A DNA stretch of 64,000 nucleotides from Octopus sinensis (Eukaryota): NCBI RefSeq assembly GCF_006345805.1, contig NC_043015.1, forward strand, positions 32,860,001-32,924,000, read 5' to 3'. Each line of letters begins with the position of its first letter. Position 1 is the stretch's first letter. Position numbers and translations under genes: made by a program. Positions 11,356 through 22,391 of the stretch are shown piece after piece. A model generated the notes under the pieces. The model saw only the letters and a list, made by a program, of their open reading frames with translations. It was not told the DNA's origin and did not search any database.

Positions 11356-11432
11356 TGATCACAAGGTATGCTCATGTCAATCAATAAACAGATTTTATTG
11401 TTTTGGTTTTTCACAACAATACCTGGTTTATC
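11356..11432 (-). mobile_element. R4/Dong RLE, N-terminal piece
   Basis: PDKPGIVVKNQNNKICLLIDMSIPCDH, corresponding to the PD(I)VV...LID...P nuclease motif. Confidence 0.8.
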
Positions 11433-11439
11433 AGGATGA

Positions 11440-11553
11440 AATAAGAGGAGCAAAAGCACACACGAAGACGGAAAGTTTCGCTGAAGAGGTCCCAGGTGTG
11501 TGATGAAACATTTTTGGACAATGGACATGAGTTAGAATAAGAACAGTAATAAA
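11440..11553 (+). mobile_element. Dispersed repeat family J with hammerhead-like core, copy 1 (copy 2 at 31690-31830, minus strand)
   Basis: TCGCTGAAGAGGTCCCAGGTGTGTGATGAAACATTTTTGGACAATGGACATGAGTTAGAATAA aligns to the reverse complement of 31700-31785. Confidence 0.7.
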
Positions 11554-11750
11554 CGAGTGAACCCACACCTCTTTGTTTTTGCGACAAGAGTGCCAGCCAA
11601 TTACACGAACGTACAACCATGATTTTTACCGTCAGATTTAAGTACTATATAATTAGTTCGTAGTGTTGTTTTTCTTGTGAAGCACGGTTGTAATTGGCTA
11701 GATCACTTGTCGCGAAAAGAGAGAGGTGTGGGTTCGAGTCCCACGTGTAC
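11554..11750. repeat. Head-to-head inverted pair of tRNA-like heads (11554-11621 minus, 11682-11750 plus)
   Basis: The arms are mutual reverse complements. The plus copy has a perfect T arm, GTGGG-TTCGAGT-CCCAC (11728-11744). Confidence 0.65.
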
Positions 11751-11899
11751 GATAAAAACTACTTTTCTCCCTCAGGGGCTTATATACCCCATTATTAGAT
11801 TATTTTCTTTATCGTTGCACGGTGATTGCTTAGAAGCTTTAAGCTTACAAATACTATTATTATTATTTACGGAATTGTAAAACTCGACACTGCTTAACA

Positions 11900-11933
11900 A
11901 AAACCATCGCAGCAATATAGATGTGTGTGTGTG

Positions 11934-11996
<63 letters not shown>

Positions 11997-12896
11997 TATA
12001 TATGCATGTATGCATATATACATATATATATACGCAAACATATATACCTACATATATGCACATAAGTATATATGTGTGGACGGTATGTGTGTGGTGCGTG
12101 CGTGTATGTGGAGGGAATGTGGCATGTTTGCGATCTGCACGTGTGAGTGTGTGTGTGTTTGTGTGTGTGAGTATGTTTGTGTGCATTTGTATATATGCAT
12201 GAATACTGTATTTACATAATACATATATACACAAATATACCTACGAGAATACATGTGTATATATGTGTGTGTGTGAATAAACACACACATGCATGCATAC
12301 TTACACACACGTACATACATACATACATACATACATACATACATACATACATACATACATACATGCATACATACATACATAAATGCATACATACATACAT
12401 GCATACATACATACATACATACATACATACTTACACACACACACATACACACATATATACATGCATACATACAAACAAACATTCGTACGTACGTGCATAC
12501 ATGCGTGCATATATACACTTGCTTTGTCAATATGTTTTAACTACGGCAGTAGGAAGAATAGGAAGGAGCGTTCGACTGACACGGTGTAATGTGTAACATT
12601 GTTGCGACCCAGATCAGGACAAAACGCATATAATTAAATCGCTGCATCCTAGCATCCTTTTAAATTTTGCAGACATGGAAACCAAGATGAAACACTTGGA
12701 AGGGCCGCCGGCATGAACCCTATTAAAATACCCTAAATATTTTCAATAATAATTTTGCTAAATTAAGTGAAATTCATTGTCGTGAGTGTAACACAGACAC
12801 GTATATACACATGCACATTTATGCATATTTATATAATAGAATATATATATATATATATATAATATATATATATATGTATATATATATGTATGTATG

Positions 12897-12929
<33 letters not shown>

Positions 12930-13189
12930 ATGTGTGTATAAAAATATATGTATATATATATATACGTTCTTACATTCATAACATACATATACACATACAC
13001 ACACATACACACCCATATACACGCGCACACATACATATATATATGTATATATGTGGTGTGTGTATATATAATTTATATATAGAGAGGTAGCTGGATAGAT
13101 AGATAGATATAGCATATATATGTAAATACATATATTATATATATTTATATATGTGTATACGATGTATTTATGTGGATGAAGTATACATA

Positions 13190-13258
<69 letters not shown>

Positions 13259-13956
13259 TACATACATACATAAATACATAGTACATACATATATACATAC
13301 ATGAGTGTGTGTATGTGTGTGTGTTTGTGTGTATGTGTGTATATATGTATATATATGCACACATATATTTGTATATACACACCACCCTACATCCATCTCC
13401 CTCACGAGCACCTCTGAAATCACATGAACACAAACGACCACCCACACACACATTCAGAAATATAAACATATTTACATATAGACTTACGGACTCACATAGA
13501 CGCACACACACACATACGCGCACACATTTGCACACACACACACACACACATATATAAACACCCTTGCATACACATAGTAATGGTGTTTACGTACATATTT
13601 ACATTCTCTATATATATATACATGTTTATATACTAATTTATATCTATATTTTATGTGTATCGACTTATATATTCATTTGAAGAATGTATACAGTATATAA
13701 CATTACATAACATTGGTATATATGTTTGCATGTGAACGTGTGTGTGTGAGTGTAATTTTTAAGCGATAAACCATTACCGATGTGTGCACTGAAAGTATAT
13801 CATGCAATTTACACGTGCATACATCACTTAATTCAGAGCACGTCTAAGCATACACATACGCACGCTGTGTACAAACGTACGTACATGCATAAATACATAC
13901 GTACATGTGTGTGTGTGTATATTTGTATCTATGCATGCATATATATATATATATAT

Positions 13957-13993
<37 letters not shown>

Positions 13994-14385
13994 GAGAGGT
14001 AAAGAGGGAGAGAGACATACATATATACACACATACATAATACATACATATATACATATATACATATATACATATATAAATACATACATACGTACATACA
14101 TATATACGTGCATACATACATACGTACGTACACACATAAATACATATATTTGTGTATATATATGTATCTATGTATGCATATATATATATCTATATATATA
14201 TATATAGCGAGAGAGAGATAAGGAGGGAGAGAGAGATACATGCATATAATACATACATACATATATACATACGTACATGCATACATACATACATATATAC
14301 ATGCATACATACATACGTACGTACACACATAATTACATACATGTATGTATATATATGTATCTATACAAGCATATATATATAGCGG

Positions 14386-14420
<35 letters not shown>

Positions 14421-14894
14421 AGGTAAAGAGGGAGAGAGAGATACATACACGCACACACACATACATATTACGTACGTACAGACATATATACATGCATACA
14501 TACTTCCATCCATCCATGCATACACCCCCCCCACACACACACATACACACACACACATACACATATATCTTATAAACTAAAGAAATATCACTCTTTTTCC
14601 GATACATTAAATTTCAAGCGGAATTAACGCATTCTTCAGATGACTCTGATCGGAGTGAAGACATTCTCGGCGCCAACTGGACTTTTTTATACAAACCTTT
14701 TCGGTCCATCATATTCTTTGCGATGAATCTTCGATTCAGCATCAAGTTTAAAGTAACAGCAAAATAGTAAAATTTATTCAGTTTATTATGTGCGTATATG
14801 GACATTAAGTTTCTCGCATATTCTAGCTGGTGTCCATCAAACGGTTTGGGACATATATATATACTATTATATATATATATATATATATAATATG

Positions 14895-14944
<50 letters not shown>

Positions 14945-14994
14945 CGCGTGCGAACACGTTCACATTATGTGTGTGTGTGTATATATATATATAG

Positions 14995-15033
<39 letters not shown>

Positions 15034-15161
15034 TATATATTTATACATATAAACTTTTATGTATTAACATACATTCATAGTATATAATATTTATATGTAT
15101 ATATATAATATATAATATACATATATATATATATACATACATACATACATATACACATACA

Positions 15162-15196
<35 letters not shown>

Positions 15197-15318
15197 TCAC
15201 TCATACAAACACCTGCATATATACATGTATATAGATATATAATATGTACATGCATGTGAATGCATAACATAAATACATACATAGCTACGTAAATATAGTG
15301 TATGTATATATATATATA

Positions 15319-15365
<47 letters not shown>

Positions 15366-15480
15366 GCTCACACATACATATTATATATATATATATATAT
15401 ATAATATGTATGTGTGAGCATGTGTATGTATGTATATTTGGATGTATGTATGCATGCATGTATGTATGTATGTATGTGTA
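11900..15480. repeat. Large compound microsatellite field (TG, TA, TACA, GA, TAGA) with short unique islands
   Basis: Read directly from the sequence. It is the source of many C/V/Y/M/I/H/T-only ORFs. Confidence 0.9.
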
Positions 15481-16544
15481 AACGGCAGTCATTTGGTGTT
15501 ACGATGAAATAACTTTCAATTTTCTTTTTTTCTGCGGTAGTCAAATTGTTTGTTTGAACCTACATGTAGCAGATTAACCGTTGACCTCGGCACAGTCGAA
15601 TTCTCTGATGTCTTCAGAGAAAGCCTTTTCGCTCCAATTACTATATAATTTAATAACCATATCGAATTGTTCCTAAAATTTCTTTCTGTTCCTCCCTCCA
15701 TATTTTTTTTTAAACTTTTACTTTATTGCCGATGGCGCCGTATTGTGGATATGTCGCAGCCAAAACGACTCTGCCAAACGGTTTCGATTCTGCATTATAT
15801 CCCTTTTTAATTAATTCTAACTTTTCATATTTATGTATTGAACAACACAAATTTGTATTTGTTTAGTTGTGGATAATTCTTCGGATTTATTTCATATTTA
15901 AAGAAATTTACCATATTTCTTTCAGCAGAATATTTGATTACTTTATTATGGAACCGCTTATTTTTCCCTAGATGATTTTAATTATATATCCTAATTAATT
16001 AATTAGTAGCTATATAAATAATTCTTGGATTAATTATTCCGTTTTCACCTTGCGTAATGCCTTTATCGTCCATTCCTACAGATTAAATAGATTTAATGGA
16101 AAGCACTTCATTGGCACTTGGGAAGAAGTATATGTTTCTACACTGGACGGAATACCCTCAGCTAGATTACCCAATGCAGGAATTTCTCCACCTCCAGACT
16201 GGAAGGTTACCATTCTCTTTTAACGTTTTCAGTCTAAATGAGAAAGTTGTCTGCCCTTTAAAAGAAATGTTTACCCTTAATTAGCATGTTTCTATATTGT
16301 GCAAAGGCAGGATGACCTACACTCCAAAACTGGACAATCGTCCCTCTAGTCTCAAAGTTTGTTCCAATAAGAGGAAAGTATTTTCATTAAGTGGATCTTC
16401 AGGAAGGCCTCCTCCCGAAATTGGCAATTTAAATACCACATAAAAGCGAAGTTCCCAATCTAGAATGGGAAGGTTACTCTTTACTATTCACATTCTATCC
16501 TAAAAATTTATTAATGCGATAAGTTTTGAGCATTTTTGCCGGTG

Positions 16545-16755
16545 GGGAGTAGCAGAGCCGACAGCACCCGTGCAAAAATTTTTAGCAGCATTTCTTCTGG
16601 CTTCACACTGAGTTCAAATTCCGCTGAGTTCGACTTTACCTTTCATCCTTTCGGGGTTCGATAATATAAGTAGCAGTTGAGAAGTGGGAGCGATGTAATC
16701 GACTGACTCGCACCTAAATCATAGGCCTTGTGTCTGTACTAGAATAGATTATTAA
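16545..16755 (+). mobile_element. SINE family C, decayed
   Basis: CTGAGTTCAAATTCCGCTGAGTTCGACTTTACCTTTCATCCTTTCGGGG...GGCCTTGTG. Confidence 0.8.
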
Positions 16756-18159
16756 TCCTCTCAGCAGTAATATGTTCTATCGTGTCTGTGAGTTTCAAAC
16801 AATTATTGTTTCTTTATTGATGTAGTATTTGTCAATGCACATTTTTATGTGCTTTTTGCTATGAACGTAATAATTTCCCGAATTCCTGATGCCAGGCGCC
16901 AACTCTGCCAACTCTGCCAACTCTGCCAACTGGTGACCGTCTTTGTAAAACCATGAGCTATTAGGATAATCACTGAACGAAGACCAAGAAATCGTTTAGT
17001 TCAAAACTTGTGACTTCGTACTCATAAAGAAACGATACAAAGGAACCAACACTTTTCCGGGTAAATACTCACGAAGGTTAAGAAATACATTAAGTCCTTT
17101 TAAAGGGGTAAATTAGCGCAAATTTAATTTTATTTTACATGTTTTTCATGCAAGGGTAAAGAGTATGTTACGTTTATCCGCTAGAACGTAAACCCATGTT
17201 TCTATGCTTGTTTGAAGGCATGTATATATGTACATATATGCGCGCATGTGTATGTGTGTGTGTGTGTGTATGTGGGTGTGTGTGTATGTGTGTGCGTGTG
17301 TGTGTGAGTGTGTGCAGTTAATTATTTAAAACGATAAAGATTAAAATGTGTTGCTTAAATAAGGAGTAACAAAAAGGATGTTAAACAAAACAAAGGGAAA
17401 AGAAAGAAGAAAATGGCTGTTTTCTAAGTGAAATATTGAAATAGTGAGGCCGCCGAAAGATCAAAGGGAATCAAAGAATTGAGGAACTAAATAAGTGTAT
17501 GTATGTATGTATGTATGTATGTATGTATGTATGTATGTATGTATGTATGTATGTTTGTATGTATGTATGTATGTATGCATGTGTGTGTGTGTGAGTATAT
17601 GTATCTATGTATGTATGTGTATATACATATATGTATATACATATATGTATATACAAACACACATATATATATATACACATATACATACATATTACATATA
17701 TGTATATATATATACACACACACACACATACAAACACATGCACGACACACAAACGTACATTCATATGCATATATATATATATATATCCATATATAAATAC
17801 GTATGTATTCACACACTCATACACACACATATACATATATAAATATATATATATATATAATATATATATATACATACACATTGTATGTATGTTCGTATCT
17901 ATGCATGTATGTATGTATGTGCATCCACTCGTATATACATGTGAATAATAAACAGTGTAGAGTTAAAAGAGTTGATAGATTCCAACTAGCAATTGGTTAT
18001 TAAATAGTTAACTAATAATTATAATTGAAAATTGCTTAATTAAGAAATATAAATAAAATTTAAAAACATTGGGACAAAAATTGGATAAAAGACATGACTA
18101 TTAGGGAGTCGAGAGTAATATAAAATAAATGATGACAAATAATGAAAATTTAAAAGCAT

Positions 18160-18305
18160 TCAGGGCGCGGTCGTGGTTGTGTGGCAAGGAGCTTGCTTCC
18201 CAACCATGTGGTTCCGGGTTCAGTTCCACCTATAGGCAACTACCTTCTACTATATCCTCGGGCCGACCAAAGTCTTGTGAAACGAAAACTGAAAGAAACC
18301 CAACA
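18160..18305 (+). mobile_element. SINE family A, 5' half
   Basis: GTTGTGTGGCAAGGAGCTTGCTTCCCAACCATGTGGTTCCGGGTTCAG...CTCGGGCCGACCAAAG. Confidence 0.8.
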
Positions 18306-18356
18306 CATATATACATATACATACATATATATATATATAAATATATATATATATTA

Positions 18357-18388
<32 letters not shown>

Positions 18389-18409
18389 TAAATAAAAAAA
18401 AATAAACTA

Positions 18410-18645
18410 TGCATATATATAAACATATATGTACGTACCTACCTCTACATGTACATATACACGCATATATGAGTACAGGACACCAAAAGGACGTCGAACA
18501 CAATGAGAAACGAAAACATAGACACAAACCAAAGGAACTGGACATTTTTTTAAAAACAACAAAAAATGGAGTACAGGACATTTAACACAAAGGAAAAAAA
18601 CCCTTCTTCAGTCGCTATGGTTTCATCTACTCTACGTTTCGAAGG
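18410..18645 (-). mobile_element. Dispersed repeat family H, copy 2
   Basis: Homologous to 4466-4630 (see that entry). Confidence 0.6.
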
Positions 18646-18659
18646 AATATATATATAGA

Positions 18660-18770
18660 TAGGTGTTTTTGCTCAATAAACACTCACAATACCCGGTCTG
18701 GGAATCGAAACCACGTTCTTATGACCGTGAGTCAGCTGCCCTAACCACAGGGCCATTGCGCCTCCATACA
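18660..18770 (-). mobile_element. SINE family E head
   Basis: Matches 8340-8442 in reverse complement. Confidence 0.8.
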
Positions 18771-18988
18771 GCTGTTGTTGTTGCTACTGCTACTATTACT
18801 ACTATTGCTACGACTACTACGACTACTTCGTGCGGACACTAGTCGCTTCCCGCTAAATGTTATGTTAGTATCCATATCTTAAAATATGATGATTTAGTTG
18901 AAGTCAGATGCGAAAACAAACAAACGAGCAAATAATTAAACAAATACGTCTATAAATAAACAAATGAACACACACACACACACACACG

Positions 18989-19057
<69 letters not shown>

Positions 19058-19329
19058 CAAGAAAGAGGAATGAGGGAGAAAAGAGTCCGTTGCTTGCGCG
19101 GATATTCAGCAGATAGGATCCTTTTAAAACTGTCATCTAAAGTGGAATTTAACAAAGTGTAAACATTTCTCTCTCTCTTTCTCTCCCTCTCTGCTCCTCT
19201 CTCTCTCCCTTTTCTCCCTTGAGATTCACTCTTACTTACACATCTCTTCCTACAAGCATATCTCTTCACTTGAGAATGTTTATGTACCTGGGTATATATT
19301 TGCATGAATGTGAAAGTATATATATATAT

Positions 19330-19742
19330 ATACTCTTTTACTCTTTTACTCTTTTACTTGTTTCAGTCATTTTGACTGCGGCCATGCTGGAGCACCGCCT
19401 TTAATCGAGCAACTCGACCTCGGGACTTATTCTTTTGTAAGCCCAGTACTTATTCTATCGGTCTCTTTTACCGAACCGCTAAGTAACGGGGACATAAACA
19501 CACGACAGCATCGGTTGTCAAGCGATGTTGTGGGGGGACAAACACAGATACACAAACACACACACACACACACACATACATATAGACATATATACGACGG
19601 GCTTCTTTCATTTTCCGTCTACCAAATCCACTCACAAGGCTTTGGTCGGCCCGAGGCTATAGTAGAATACACTTGCCCAAGGTGCCACGCAGTGGGACTG
19701 AACCCGGAACCATGTGGTTGGTAAACAAGCTACTTACCACGA
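19330..19742 (-). mobile_element. SINE family A, near full length
   Basis: High identity to 5097-5523. Confidence 0.95.
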
Positions 19743-19789
19743 GAGTGTATGTGTGTATATGTATATATGTGGATATGTTAGGGAAATGC

Positions 19790-20488
19790 TCCGAAACGGT
19801 CCGTTATTGAGAAAAATGGGTTTGATTTTCTAAATCTGCATCCCAACAGCAAAGTTTACGAAAATTAGGAGATTAGTAAAAAAAATATATAATTTGCTAC
19901 GAGAAATAAACTCAACTTTCAGATCATTAAATCTACAACTCTCTATGGAAATCCTTCGACCTTTCTCTGTCTTTTATGCGTTCCCTCCTCTCTCTATATA
20001 ACTATATCACATTCTTTATTACTTTGTCATATTTATTAACAGAAAAATTATGCTTTTAAGATAAATTCCCCTACATACCTTTTTTAAAATCACTGTGAAT
20101 AAATTGCAGCAATGACTTTCTGAGGCTCTTCAATATTTTGAAATTATAAACAGAAGCAAAGAATGGGCGAAGAAGAGGATGAAGACCTAAATTTTTTAAC
20201 AATTTTTTTTTACCGGAAACCCTGCTCCCATTGTTTATAAGTCCATAGTGCAAACATTGGCTAAAATCGGTCGAGATGTGGAGGAGAAGGAGAGGATTAA
20301 AAAATTCATAAATTTGTTTTTCGTAAAAAGCTTCGCCCCATCATTTCTAAGGGTATGATGAAAGAAACAATTAAAAAAAACCTGTCAAACCGGAGAAAAA
20401 TCCAACTTACGTGGGAGTGCCACTCCGAAAGTTCACCAAAGCATTCTGTTGGGAAAATTGCCCGGCAACGACGGGATACTCAGCTACT
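19790..20488 (+). mobile_element. Probable non-autonomous Helitron-like element (3' end defined, 5' end uncertain)
   Basis: A GC-rich hairpin CCCG-GCAACGA-CGGG (20461-20475) lies 8 nt upstream of CTAC|T, where CTAG|T is expected. An internal AAACATTGGCTAAAATCGGTCGAG motif is typical of such elements. Confidence 0.45.
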
Positions 20489-20489
20489 A

Positions 20490-20553
<64 letters not shown>

Positions 20554-20606
20554 AGTCTGTCTGTCTGTCTGACTATCTGTCTATCTATATACACATACAT
20601 ATATAC

Positions 20607-20653
<47 letters not shown>

Positions 20654-20889
20654 TATATATATATATATATATGTATGTATGCATGTAGGTATGTGTGTAT
20701 ACATATGTGTGTGTATGTGTGTGGTATAGTACAAGAACACTCACACCACACACATTCATACCATAACTTTTCCCATCTTGCTCCTCCTCCTCCTCTTCCT
20801 ACAACCTACTCCCCCCCCCCGATTCAAATCAGATCAGTTTGAACGACAAGTGAGTTTATCTTCTTTGCCAGTTTGATTGTTTGTATAGG

Positions 20890-21675
20890 AACTTTATCTC
20901 GCGGTGGACTTTACTGCCTTCACACCGCCACCACCTGTAACCCTAACAAGACCATCGCCACCCACACCGACACTGTCACCCACACCGACACTGTCACCAC
21001 CACTCTAACCACATCCATTACTTTCACCATCACCATCACCGACCCCTTTGGCCTTCCATACCTACAATCAACACAAGTACTCTCACCCCCACCGCCACCC
21101 CGACTGTCATTAAGGCCCCTCCCCATTTCCAGCATCCTCATAATCGCCACCACTTCTACCACCTTATTCTCCACAAAACCTTCACCATCTCTCATTATTG
21201 CAATCACCACCACAGCCACCACTACAACTATCATCATCATCACCACCGCCACTGCCACCACCATCACTATAACCGTTCCCACCATCACCACTACTATCGC
21301 CACCGCAAATACTTCCATCACTACCGTCACCACCACCACCGCCAACCACCAACAACCATCTCCACCATCCCGCACCACGACCACCACCACCACCATCCCT
21401 ATCACCACCACCAACACTAACAAGCATAACCATCGTCGACCATCACAATCACCATCGTCACTGCAGTGGTTACCATCCACTATTCTCACCCCCACCATCA
21501 CCACCATCAGCGCTATCAAAATAACACCCATCATTACATTGGATAAGACAACTGGAGGTGGTGGCGGCGTCAGCATTGGCAGTGGCAGTGGTGGTGGTGG
21601 TGGTGGTGGTGCTGAGGTTTATGGTGGTAATGGTGGCAGTGGTGGCGGTTGTTGTGGTGGTGGTAGTGATGGTGA

Positions 21676-21712
<37 letters not shown>

Positions 21713-21780
21713 GGTGCTGGTGGTAGTAGTGATGATGGTGCTGGTTGTGGTGGCAGTGGTGGTGATGGTAGTTCTGGTGG
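20890..21780. repeat. (CAC/ACC)-rich tract followed by a (GGT/AGT)-rich tract
   Basis: Degenerate triplet arrays that switch strand composition at about 21545. Confidence 0.9.
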
Positions 21781-21893
21781 CATTTGCCCACATGTACTAC
21801 CGAGACAGTGGAAACGAGTACACATCCTGACACATAGTTATGGGGAACTGACACGAAACACTAAGAGTATAAACAAGAGTAACAAATTGGAGG

Positions 21894-21932
<39 letters not shown>

Positions 21933-22182
21933 AAGATGCATTACACAAGCATACGTAGTTACAGATAATTGCTCTGCTACTGAAAGAGTGTAAATAGGAG
22001 TAAGAATTGGGGAGTACACAAGTACATACATACACAAGCACTGACACACGTGTAGGAAATTGTTATGAAGAATAAATAGGAGTAATTTTCCAACAAACAC
22101 TTTTCGGATGAATATTTCTTTGGTATTTCGTTTTTGGATTTGGTTTGCAAGATTCTTTATATGAGTTCGTGTGTTGAAGCAT

Positions 22183-22292
22183 ATTCTGTTGTGTCTGGGG
22201 AGAGTCATTTTCTGAGAGTTGTGTCTGGGAGAGTGAGTGTGTTACATAATAAGGCACAAAAAGAAAATTACTCTCCCCAGACACAACAGAAT
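22183..22292. repeat. 110-bp inverted-repeat unit (31-bp arms, 1 mismatch)
   Basis: ATTCTGTTGTGTCTGGGGAGAGT (22183-22205) and its exact reverse complement (22270-22292). The arms extend inward a further 8 bp. Confidence 0.85.
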
Positions 22293-22391
22293 TTCTTTGG
22301 TAAATATATGCTGCATGATTGATGAGAAGATTATATTTACCAAAGAGATCGCTGAAATCACAACTATTCTGAGAAACACAAACTTGCAAAA

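Noticed and set aside
14618-14760. Exon-like island (ELTHSSDDSDRSEDILGANWTFLYKPF) and a CAGATGA-CTCT/GGAG-GAAG hammerhead-like motif
   Set aside because: The donor is weak, the peptide is unrecognised, and two core positions mismatch. Neither reading is supportable.
11772-15492. Dozens of C/V/Y/M/I/H/T-only ORFs (also at 17.5, 24.5, 34.3, 54.8 and 59.1 kb)
   Set aside because: Dinucleotide and tetranucleotide microsatellite translations.
16100-16170. Apparent homology between the 16.1-kb and 32.9-kb relics (G..E..Y.S...G..S)
   Set aside because: About 40% nucleotide identity over roughly 54 bp by hand count, which is within chance for a by-eye alignment.
20873-21958. 361-aa ORF (T-rich then G/S-rich, mucin-like)
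   Set aside because: It is translation of CAC and GGT triplet tracts, which lack stop codons. It has no ATG start or splice context and runs into (CA)n.
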